From a virus (Duplodnaviria; Caudoviricetes), in the IMG/VR virus record IMGVR_UViG_3300029913_000001: DNA of 64,000 nucleotides; one strand, 5' to 3'. Positions 28,876 to 38,500 of the stretch are shown piece after piece. The position numbers were made by a program, and so were the translations under genes. Each line of letters opens with the position of its first letter. Positions within the stretch are counted from its first letter, which is position 1. Below the pieces are notes generated by a model that did no database searches, was not told where the DNA came from, and saw nothing but the letters and a program-made list of their open reading frames with translations.

Positions 28876-29038
28876 TGCTTTTCCGAGTGGTGGATGACAA
28901 CACCAAGCGAAAGCGATATGCGAAGCCAGTGAACGACAGTGAAACATCTCATCAAATATTATTAAAATTTTTCACTGTCGTTCACTGGCTTCGCTTACTG
29001 GCGCTTTCGCTATGTGCTCTCCACAAGTCCGAAAAGCG
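28876..29038. repeat. Long nested inverted repeat (candidate origin/cruciform)
   Basis: Perfect 25-bp arms 28920-28944 and 28970-28994; 9-bp arms 28907-28915 and 29002-29010; imperfect outer arms. Confidence 0.9.
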
Positions 29039-29542
29039 AAAATTTTAAATATTTTTGATGAATTAAAAATAAAATTATGGTTATTTTAAAGACAAAGACG
29101 CTTGGGGCGCCTCCCGTCTCTTTGGAACAACTTCCAAACTAAACTCCAATCCTTCCTATCCCGCTATATCATTAAGATCCGGCTCTTCATTTTGGGCTTC
29201 CGGGGCTTCATAGGAATTTCAGCGGTTATGCTGTACTGAAATAAGACCGTGCGGTCTATGATTGATCTGAAAAACACAACGCAATTATTTCAAATGAGTT
29301 TAGCAATTTGAAATAACTATATCAGGATTAGGAGCATTACGCTCTCGCCTTTACCTGTCTGTCTTTGTCACTTTTCTCAAGCCATGATAGCTATATTGAT
29401 GGGGGGACCCTCCAGGTAGTACTCTACCAACGACATTGGACACTAGGAGTTGCTGGGTGTTTAAGGCCAATAACCTTTGATCTAAATTGTAGGTATTGCT
29501 CCATATTTGCTACTCCATAAGTATTTTCCATGATTAATATAC

Positions 29543-29571
29543 AATATAACATTGATACGTTAACTTGTCAA
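29543..29571 (-). promoter_or_regulatory. Sigma70-type promoter firing into the non-coding region
   Basis: TTGACA (29571-29566), 17 bp, TATATT (29548-29543). Confidence 0.55.
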
Positions 29572-29584
29572 GACATTTTTTATT

Positions 29585-30886
29585 TTATTTGAAAAAATAA
29601 TTTGCTTCTTCTATCTGTTCAACTGTAGCATTGGGAAAAAATAAATTTCTCATATTTTGAGCCATAGCCTTAGTTGGTAGATATACAATATTGTTATTAT
29701 ATGCTCCGGTTCTTAAGGAACTACGTAAAAGACCTTGATATGAGTGAGATAGCGTATGATGCATTAAAATTTCGTCAGCATCGAATCCGAGATCTACCAT
29801 TTTTTTCTGGTACGCGGGTGGCCACCTATAAGCACCAGATTCTCCGTAATTATGTGTACCAACATAGGTGTTTAATCCCTTAACTTCAAACGGCATAAAA
29901 ATAGGATTTTTAATATGGGTAAATTTATTACCTTTATTATTCTGTAACAAAATTTCGTTATCACCAATTGAATTTCCAACTAATAGATCGAATAATTCGA
30001 AATTGGTAAGAGTTGGTTCTATAAGATTTTTTGAGTTGTAGTAATTTTTACTCCATAGACTAATTTTTTCGGTCATCCATTTGATAGTAATAGGTTGATC
30101 GTGCTTATCAAATCTTTTAGGAATTACAAACTCTTCAATTGCAATGCCTTTTAACTTAAAATAGGCTATGATTTTACTACGTTGAATTTCTGCGCCCATT
30201 AAATAAATGTTTTCAAAACCTTCAAATATGTTGGTATTTAATTCAGCCCACATTTCGGCTTCGTAATTACCAAATTTAAAAGCTGTCAATGATGCAGTAT
30301 CCGCATATATTTTCATATTGGGATTCAATATCAATTGAATAAATTTTTGGAATGGCGGGTAAATAAAATCGTCGCGAAAGCAAAGAGTTTTTAAAAATCG
30401 CTGATCTTCTTTTGAGAGACGTTTTCGCTTAATAGACGTGTACCCACCGGCATTTATTTTGCAGGTACTAATTTTTTCAATATCTGCCATTAGGTCATTA
30501 CCGAATTCATAACTTGATGCATCGTCCGAATCAAAAGTAATGAAGTCAGTTGGTTCTATTTCTTCATCAACAAAAACAGTCCAATTTTTTTTATTCGGAA
30601 AATTCAAAATATTCTTAAATGCCGCATGTGTAATAATAAGGACTTCGCATCGTAATGGTATTGTTAGATATGCATTGATTGCCTTAGTAACACCCATACT
30701 GTCATTTTCCATATAATTGATAATTTTATATGGGGTATTTCCCAATCGTTTAGCAATTTCGTATTGCAAATCGGTTGAGGGGGTTACGAAAAGCACTCGT
30801 TTTTTGTTATTAACGAGTTCTTTAGATAAGTTAACAGCAAAATATGTTTTGCCGGCCCCGCACAACGAATTAATATATCTTATCAT
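29585..30886 (-). CDS. SF2 helicase-like protein, possible origin-binding protein
   Basis: N-terminal Walker A CGAGKT, Walker B VFVDE and a QGLLRSSLR motif VI-like segment. Confidence 0.6.
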   Translation of the reverse strand: MIRYINSLCGAGKTYFAVNLSKELVNNKKRVLFVTPSTDLQYEIAKRLGNTPYKIINYMENDSMGVTKAINAYLTIPLRCEVLIITHAAFKNILNFPNKKNWTVFVDEEIEPTDFITFDSDDASSYEFGNDLMADIEKISTCKINAGGYTSIKRKRLSKEDQRFLKTLCFRDDFIYPPFQKFIQLILNPNMKIYADTASLTAFKFGNYEAEMWAELNTNIFEGFENIYLMGAEIQRSKIIAYFKLKGIAIEEFVIPKRFDKHDQPITIKWMTEKISLWSKNYYNSKNLIEPTLTNFELFDLLVGNSIGDNEILLQNNKGNKFTHIKNPIFMPFEVKGLNTYVGTHNYGESGAYRWPPAYQKKMVDLGFDADEILMHHTLSHSYQGLLRSSLRTGAYNNNIVYLPTKAMAQNMRNLFFPNATVEQIEEANYFFK

Positions 30887-30892
30887 CGTTTG

Positions 30893-30921
30893 ATTATAAT
30901 TGATTTTATGCCGAATGTCAA
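30893..30921 (-). promoter_or_regulatory. Sigma70-type promoter; predicted +1 falls on the helicase ATG
   Basis: TTGACA (30921-30916), 17 bp, TATAAT (30898-30893), 6 nt, ATG (30886). Confidence 0.8.
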
Positions 30922-31481
30922 GCTATTAATTCCTTGATAAGTGCATTGAATTTTTCTTCCGCCAAGAACATACATTTTCCAGTAATTAGTATTTCATTAC
31001 CTGATGTAGTTGCCTTTAACAAATTATCCTGCCTAAATGAATATAACGAAGTAAACTCGTTGGGATCCATGTCTATAATTTTAGGTGCGTATTTTGAATA
31101 TTTGCCCTGATCATAATTCGTATATAAATCTTGCATCGTTTCTGACCATGTGAACTCGAAGTTATTGAATGGGAAGGTTATGAAAATTTTTCCATATCTA
31201 TTTGCCACAGATCTTTTATTTGTGCAGAAAATACTATTCGATCGTAGAGCCTTAAATCCTGCTGCTGATAATTTTTCATCAAATATTTTTTGTTGTTTAA
31301 TAGAAAATGACATTGGGTGCCTATCGGCAACCTTAGAAATAATAAACATATTTTCTAATCGGTGTGATCCGTGATAAAGAAATTCACCCGAAGATTTGTA
31401 GAAATCAACAATTTGAGAGCAAGATTTGCTGATAAATTTTTTAATATTATTGAGGTCTGGAGTAATTTCAAATTCTCTCAT
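30918..31481 (-). CDS. ADP-ribosyltransferase-like paralog 7
   Basis: MREFEI; LYHGS / FKALRSNSIFCTN / EILITG. Confidence 0.6.
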   Translation of the reverse strand: MREFEITPDLNNIKKFISKSCSQIVDFYKSSGEFLYHGSHRLENMFIISKVADRHPMSFSIKQQKIFDEKLSAAGFKALRSNSIFCTNKRSVANRYGKIFITFPFNNFEFTWSETMQDLYTNYDQGKYSKYAPKIIDMDPNEFTSLYSFRQDNLLKATTSGNEILITGKCMFLAEEKFNALIKELIA

Positions 31482-33211
31482 TAATATCCTATTGCTATCC
31501 AGAACGCAGTTTCCCCACTACCACCGCAAATTATATTAAAATGATCGGAATCTGTTGGCGCTGCCGCCATTGGTTGGGGTACTCCTAGTGTTACACGCGG
31601 CCCGTTATCGGTAGCAACCATTCCAAAACAAGCATGGGTAAATGGGGTAGTAAAGGGAAAATTTTGTGTAGTATTATCCACAAGTGACGGAGTCGTACCC
31701 CATTGCAAGATTAGGCCACCCGGAAAATATTGATATCCATTGCCGCTAAGAGCATGAGTTAAAAATGAATTAAGATTGTAGTTACCCCATGCTGCTAATG
31801 CCGAGCCTGCATTTATAAGCGGAGATCCTACAGAAGGTGGCGCTGCCGTAGGTAATGATATTTGGCCCGCACCTCCTTGATTAATTACCGTAGTTCCTTG
31901 AATGTGTAAATCACTTTGCGCAGTAACTAGTGCGTCTAGAGTTGAAACACCATCTACTGAAAGTTGATTTTGTACCGTAAGAGTGCCATTAACAGTGGTG
32001 TCACCAACCGAATCAATTGTTAATAGATTAGTGCTGCCGCCAAAAGTTTGAACTACAAGAGCTTTTGGTGCGGTCGCGCCGGGCTGTATTGTTACATAAC
32101 TTGCCGTTTCCGCTCCTGTAATCAGCCCGCCTAGTATAGCAGTACCCAATACAGAAAGATTTTCTGAAATTAATAATGATTCACTAATAGCAGCCGAATT
32201 TGCTACCGTTAACGGACCAATTATATTTGCACCGGTTGAATTTACATTGCCTGCTATATCAACAGTATCGTAAACTTCAATATTTTCAACATTTAAAGTA
32301 TTTGGAATTATTACATTCTCACCCGTGCTATCTAATGTTAGATTAGCAGTAGCGGATAAAATACCATTTTGATTAAACAATACTTGATTATTACTGCCAG
32401 GTACAGTACTATAAAGCGAATTAGCTACAACTAAATTATTTATATACACGGTACCAGTTATATTTGCTAATTCTCCTGCAACCAACGTGTTTCCATTAGT
32501 AGCATAAAGAACATTGCCATTGTTAACCGATAGTACTGTATTGTCATTAACATCAATAGACATGCGAAGTTGGTCATTGTCGCCAATTGATATATCGTTG
32601 ACGTTATAAATTCCGCTGCCGGTAATACCGTGCGTCGGTGAAGTGACAAAATTTATGCCGGGTCTAATATTTCCAAACCCTGCTATACCTGGACTAATGA
32701 GATTATCTGAAGAGACAATAGCAATAAGATTATCATTAGCATATAATTCTAGATAGATAATATTACTATTAGACGCTAATGCAGTTACCACAAATCCTTC
32801 TAGCCCGGTGCCTTCACTTCCCGGAGGCCCAATTAAAATCCATTGATTAAGAGTTATATCCCATACAAAAAGTTGTTTATGTACGGTGTCAAACCATTCG
32901 TCACCTTCTAATGGATTTAATGGGGCTACCGCGCCGGTAGTAATAACACTTATTGGTTTGAAAATTGTTCCATTCCAGAACTTAATGATATTAGAAACGC
33001 TATCGAACCAAAATTGTCCTATGAATGGATTTGGGGGAGGGGTAGAGTTTGCAAAATTTTCAGTTATTCTAACTAAATCTTCATTTAAGACCGTACCGAA
33101 ACCTGGATATTTTTTTCCGATAAGAGTAAGGCCGCCATAAGCAGATACCATTTGAGAATCGGGGACGTTTGTTAAAATATTTCCATTAGTTAAATTTACT
33201 TTATATCCCAT
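31481..33211 (-). CDS. Baseplate/tail-fibre-like structural protein
   Basis: ENFANSTPP..P..GQFWFD repeats and a C-terminal GYQYFPGGLILQWG fibre-tip motif. Confidence 0.7.
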   Translation of the reverse strand: MGYKVNLTNGNILTNVPDSQMVSAYGGLTLIGKKYPGFGTVLNEDLVRITENFANSTPPPNPFIGQFWFDSVSNIIKFWNGTIFKPISVITTGAVAPLNPLEGDEWFDTVHKQLFVWDITLNQWILIGPPGSEGTGLEGFVVTALASNSNIIYLELYANDNLIAIVSSDNLISPGIAGFGNIRPGINFVTSPTHGITGSGIYNVNDISIGDNDQLRMSIDVNDNTVLSVNNGNVLYATNGNTLVAGELANITGTVYINNLVVANSLYSTVPGSNNQVLFNQNGILSATANLTLDSTGENVIIPNTLNVENIEVYDTVDIAGNVNSTGANIIGPLTVANSAAISESLLISENLSVLGTAILGGLITGAETASYVTIQPGATAPKALVVQTFGGSTNLLTIDSVGDTTVNGTLTVQNQLSVDGVSTLDALVTAQSDLHIQGTTVINQGGAGQISLPTAAPPSVGSPLINAGSALAAWGNYNLNSFLTHALSGNGYQYFPGGLILQWGTTPSLVDNTTQNFPFTTPFTHACFGMVATDNGPRVTLGVPQPMAAAPTDSDHFNIICGGSGETAFWIAIGY

Positions 33212-33220
33212 TAGTATTCC

Positions 33221-33829
33221 TTATGCCGCGAGTGAAGATAGTGTTGATATACGAATCGTATAAGTTATGTTAAGCAGACGATTAGCGCTTTTTAAAACGG
33301 GGGTAAAGATTACATGTGTTAACAATTGCCCGGAACTACTAACGATTCCCATTTCGTCAAATGCATATTGGCTATTAATATTATTTGAATTATCAAATGC
33401 TATTTGATTAGCCGGCTCACCGTAATTTAACATACATGATATTACCATATCTGTATATGCTTTCCCGGGAACATGGTCGTACGTAATATTATTATCTGTT
33501 GAATCGGTATCGGCTGAAAAATTATTGTTTATTATTTTGCTATACGTTTGATTATATAATGCTGCGGCTGTGCCAATAGTGTTTGGAGGATTATAGGTTA
33601 TAATACCCGAACTGCTAACCGTTGTTCCGCCATTGCCGAACGCTAATGAATACACAAATCCAGTTTGACTATAGGTAGAAGCATTAAGCGGCCCACTTAT
33701 GAGACTTTGTACAATAGCGACAGACATTGTTTCAAAGTTAATAGAATTTGACTTGTCAACTAAAATTTCTTTGGTTATTGGGTCGATAATTTTAAGATGA
33801 CCGCTTAAAATAATATTTTCGTTTTCCAT
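33221..33829 (-). CDS. Virion structural protein (baseplate-associated)
   Basis: GHLKIID, FDEMGI and PVLKSANR pattern; located in the structural module. Confidence 0.55.
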   Translation of the reverse strand: MENENIILSGHLKIIDPITKEILVDKSNSINFETMSVAIVQSLISGPLNASTYSQTGFVYSLAFGNGGTTVSSSGIITYNPPNTIGTAAALYNQTYSKIINNNFSADTDSTDNNITYDHVPGKAYTDMVISCMLNYGEPANQIAFDNSNNINSQYAFDEMGIVSSSGQLLTHVIFTPVLKSANRLLNITYTIRISTLSSLAA

Positions 33830-33958
33830 TTATACTCTCTGGTTAATGCATATTTTACTATTTGTTAGTATTATATTGCCGTTGTCTTTTTTTTCGATTA
33901 TAATTATCTTAAGGTGTTCAACCGCAGTAATAATCGGAATTTCATTTGGCTTCATCAT
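33830..33958 (-). CDS. 42-aa ORF resembling the N-terminus of the next gene
   Basis: MMKPNEIPIITAVEHLKIII... shares HLKII with the downstream gene; preceded by ATAAATA. Confidence 0.4.
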   Translation of the reverse strand: MMKPNEIPIITAVEHLKIIIIEKKDNGNIILTNSKICINQRV

Positions 33959-33962
33959 ATAT

Positions 33963-35579
33963 TTATGCCGGGATAAATGCACCTTGTGAAAGCAAAAATG
34001 TCGAAATTGCAGAATTTGAATTAGCTAATGGAACATTAGCCGAATCATACCACGAGGTTGAACCCGGATTCGCGGTAACTTGTTGGGTGAACGATGCCAC
34101 CACGATTTGTGAATTAGCTAAATGAACATTTGGTATACCTGTGCCGGAAGTGCCGCGCATTAATCCCGATAAAATATTACTTGTTCGATTAATATATAGA
34201 TAAGTTATACATTCGCCATTTATAAAAACTTGCCCTCGAAGATTAGCCGCTAATACGGGAGTTATAAATTGATTGGTATTTTGAACAGATATAGTTGAAT
34301 CAGTTGAATTAAGATTGGCAGTTAATGTGGATACCGCATTTGCTCCTAGGCTATAATACGTAACGTCGCCAGTTAAAGTAATAACTACATTACTATTTGC
34401 CGGTATATCAGACGGCAAAACTAAATTATTATTTTTAATGGACCAGCTAGCCGATGGAAGACTTATTCCATCGATTTGTATAGTAGCTGAGTCATTATCT
34501 AATGTACTCCATGGCACTTTATAGATAAAGGAATTTGCTGTAGTAAATTGATAAGAATCGAATGGGCCAATCGAAATGCTATCTTTGAAAATTCTATAGC
34601 CTAATAATAAGGCATTTGCGTTAAAATAAGGATTAGCTATATTAGAAATTGGAGCAGAGATATTTGATATATTTGAACTTAAATATGAACAGTTTGCATT
34701 TTGAAAAACATCGATCTCTAGAGTATCAAAAATTTGTCCCTCTATTCGTTCTTCGGGAGCATGACTAGTCATGCTATCTACAAATCCTCCACCGTAAATA
34801 TTAATATCTTGCGCTCGGGTACCTAAAGTAGTATCCGTTGATAGACTATAAATAGAATTTTGCTCGTTTAAAGTTACTACATGCCGCGCAACCCCTTTTG
34901 TTACTCGAATATCACCGAATTTTCCTAATAATGGATTTTCCCCATTTTTGTTGGCGCCAATAGTTAATAGCGCCGGACCATTGGTCCGATTAAGTACCTG
35001 ATACGGGGGTATCGAATTTGTTATTAATTGATCGGGAATACTAATTAATGCGGTAGCAGCGTTACCTTGTAATACTCCGTCTAAGAATAAATAACATTTG
35101 CTGTCTTTACGTTCAACACTAACAAAATGGGTAGTAGTTTCAGAAACTTGATTCCCTAGTATTGAAAATAATATCTCGCAGGCCTCTACTAGAACAGTTC
35201 CAGATACGATTACATCGCTAGACAATGTTACATTTCCATTAATAAAAGTATATTGATCGGTAGCTAATAATGTGCCGTTATAAAATATTTTAATATTACT
35301 GGCTTCGGCTCCTGGTAATTGGAAAAAATTGTTGCCGCTCGAAAGAATTATTGGCCAGCTACTTTGAAGGGCATATGTATTAATATTTCCATTTTCCAAT
35401 AATGTAACGAATCTAGTTTTTTTGTATAAATCGGTAGCCGAGGATTCATTATTAGTAATTTCGAATAATGTTTGCGCCCCAATGTGGCTAAAGGTCTCGA
35501 CGAAAAATTCTATCGTGAAATCTTGATAACCAAAATTATAATCGCTATCGCCTATCGCTCTTGCGTATCCGTTGCCCAC
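33963..35579 (-). CDS. Structural protein with a LamG/concanavalin-like domain; may be the frameshifted C-terminus of 35588..40567
   Basis: DFTIEFF...HFVSVER..GKFGDIRVTKGVARH. The frame stays open about 55 nt upstream of the GTG, overlapping the end of the preceding ORF. Confidence 0.65.
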   Translation of the reverse strand: MGNGYARAIGDSDYNFGYQDFTIEFFVETFSHIGAQTLFEITNNESSATDLYKKTRFVTLLENGNINTYALQSSWPIILSSGNNFFQLPGAEASNIKIFYNGTLLATDQYTFINGNVTLSSDVIVSGTVLVEACEILFSILGNQVSETTTHFVSVERKDSKCYLFLDGVLQGNAATALISIPDQLITNSIPPYQVLNRTNGPALLTIGANKNGENPLLGKFGDIRVTKGVARHVVTLNEQNSIYSLSTDTTLGTRAQDINIYGGGFVDSMTSHAPEERIEGQIFDTLEIDVFQNANCSYLSSNISNISAPISNIANPYFNANALLLGYRIFKDSISIGPFDSYQFTTANSFIYKVPWSTLDNDSATIQIDGISLPSASWSIKNNNLVLPSDIPANSNVVITLTGDVTYYSLGANAVSTLTANLNSTDSTISVQNTNQFITPVLAANLRGQVFINGECITYLYINRTSNILSGLMRGTSGTGIPNVHLANSQIVVASFTQQVTANPGSTSWYDSANVPLANSNSAISTFLLSQGAFIPA

Positions 35580-35587
35580 TGTTCCTC

Positions 35588-38500
35588 TTATTGATTCAAA
35601 GTTAATGCCATTATTAAGCTGTTTTGTGGTTGTATATTAGTATTTAATAGAGAAGAATCTATTTTAAGATTCGACCCATAATTGACTAACTCTAATTGTT
35701 TTTGATTCCAGGATAAATCGTTAATATATGTTACTGAATTAACCGCTTCGAAAGTAATAGTTGGACTAGCCTCGTTATTTAACGATTCAAATCCATAAAT
35801 TATTGGAGTGTATGGTAAATTAAAATATGGATCTCCTGCTAAATTTCTAGGGAATGGCTGATTTGGAATAGGAATTATTATTGTTCCCGGCGTATATCTA
35901 GTAATGCCTGTCGTCCATCGTAATTCATCGAGGTATCCAGAAAAAATATTTGCACCTGAAATTTCAGCTCCTATAGTTAGACTTGAATCCGAAAAAATTG
36001 GTAACCCAATATTTGCGACAGATTCGTTTAACATTCCATTAAAATATATATAAAGATTATTGCCGTTGCCCTGTACAGTAATATAAGTCCAGTCATTGAT
36101 AGTTACTGGGAGAAGACTAGATATGAATGCATTACTTGTGTTTTCACCAAAGCAAATATAATTTGCACTATTTTTATAAATAACCATCCCATTATTACTA
36201 GAATTATTTAACCGGGTATCAATCAACGTCATAATATTTGAATTGATATTTGAAAAGTTACAGAAAAATTCAATAGTAAAAATATTGGAAGTATTTCCTA
36301 AATCATTTATATCAGGACTTGCTTGATTTGCCGTTATATACTGGGATGATGCGCCCCCAAAATACCCGGACGAATTTCCAAACCTAGCATTGACCATAGA
36401 TAATCCTGTATTAGTTATAAGATTTGGATGCCATGCAACATTAAGAGATGTAAACTCAGAATCGTCATCTATATCATATAGAGATCCGGTTGGAATTGAG
36501 TACGTTTGAACCATGTCTCCGCCATTAACAAAAACACCTGGATACTCCACGTTATTCATTAATAGTCGCGCCTGATTTGCAAACATATTATTTGTTGGTT
36601 CATATAATGCTGTAATTCTATTCATTGCCGTTGATTCAGCAATAGAATTATTATTTGCTATATTTCTTTGGAAATTAACACTAAATGTCGCGCCGTAACC
36701 AATAGAATTCACGGTAATATCAGTCGTTAACACATTTGCGATGTTGGACGGAAAAGAAGTATAATATTCGTCTTCTGCGGGTACTAATGAAAAAGTTGAT
36801 ATAGAATTATTATGTGAACTATCAATCGATGTAACTAATATAGTTGCACTATTTGAATATGTTCCTCCTTCCAAGTTTAATAGGTCAAATACTTTATAAT
36901 GCTGTCCGGAGTTAACTAGCTCAACATTAGCAACTGAAAAAATTGCACCTTCAACGAAAGCGCTATTGGCGGTATCATATAAGACCGAGCTAACAGGATA
37001 AGAAACATTCGCATCTAGATATTCGATGGAAGAACTTACACGATCAAAGCGCAATGTCGTATCTATTGACCTAATAAGACTACTATTGTTAATGTAATTA
37101 TTGTTCCATGCTGAATAAACTGGTAATTGTAAGGTTACTGGATCCGAACTAACAGATCCGTCTGGGGTTCTAATAAACCCGTTAACGGTATCTATTACAG
37201 GAAGGAAGGGAATAGTTATATTTCCGTTGGAATATACAGGAATATTATTACCATTTATATAGGTATACGCGGTATTAAACGGTATTCCGTTATAATTTGG
37301 TCCCAGTACGTATGGATAAGTTGGTACATTATTGTTATCAACTGTAATAAAATATGCATAAATTCCGTTTGGATATTCCGGGGTAACACATTGACGACCA
37401 TTATTTTCGTCTAATGTACCTAAATTAGCAACATAATTAAAATCTTGAATATATTTGCCGGAAGGCGCCGAATAAATTGCTAACTGCAAGCCGTTAACAA
37501 TAGGTTGCCCACTCGCATCTAATCTAGGGATTAATGACAACTCATAACTACTAGTATTTTTAATTATTCCCCCGGTGCCATTGGCATTTGCAAATCCGTA
37601 TGGGCCATAAATTGGACTACCGTCCCATGCATATCCTATTATTGGGCTATGAGAAGAAGAATTTTTAGTGTATAACAAATACGGATCCGAAAAATATTGA
37701 AAAACACCATTTTCATTTGGATAACCGGCACCGGGGTCTAGACCATCTTGTATTGCTTCCCATACCGAATTTATTGTTAATGTTTGTTGATTTGCTATAT
37801 TTCCTAGTTGATAGAGTGTTTCGTTTTCACCACTGTTGGAGCTATAAAATGGAATTCCATTTGTAGCTAATGCCTCTGGCCCGTTAACATTAATAATAGT
37901 GGTAAATGTAGTATTGGCGGTTTGAATACTTTGTGGAAAGCCAAAGGACCAATTTTGCGGTTCTACCGCGGTTTCATCATCTACCTGAGGAAAGTTAGTT
38001 GCATAATTTGGTAACCCATTACTTGTAACATAAAAAGAGGTTGCGTCTGCGAAGACGCCGGTTATATTTGAAAACTGGCTTAGTTGTAACAGACCATTTG
38101 GTCGTACGTTATTAGTATATTCTAGAACAATATTTGCATAATTATTATCGTATTGTGCAGGTAAATCAAAATCTGATATTCCTATATTTGCATAATCGTC
38201 AGATGTGTATGTATCATTGAATTGACGTATTCGAGTATGGAATGGAGTAGTCTCTTGAATAAAATTTTCTATTGTTGATTGATTGTCTGGCTCATAATTT
38301 CCTTGAATATTAAGACTACGATTTGTATAATTCACAGATACGAAACTAGTTTTAAATAACCAATCAAGATTTTTATTTTCAGACATAATATATTGGATAA
38401 CCGCATAAAATGCCCGATCGGCAGCCTTAGTAAGATCATCGTTTCCAACTAAAATCATGTCGTTAAGAATGCTGGTTATCATTCTAATTTCGAGATATGG

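Noticed and set aside
12919-31481. Diversity-generating retroelement behind the ART paralogs
   Set aside because: No reverse transcriptase is in the window, and there is no template/variable repeat pair differing only at adenines.
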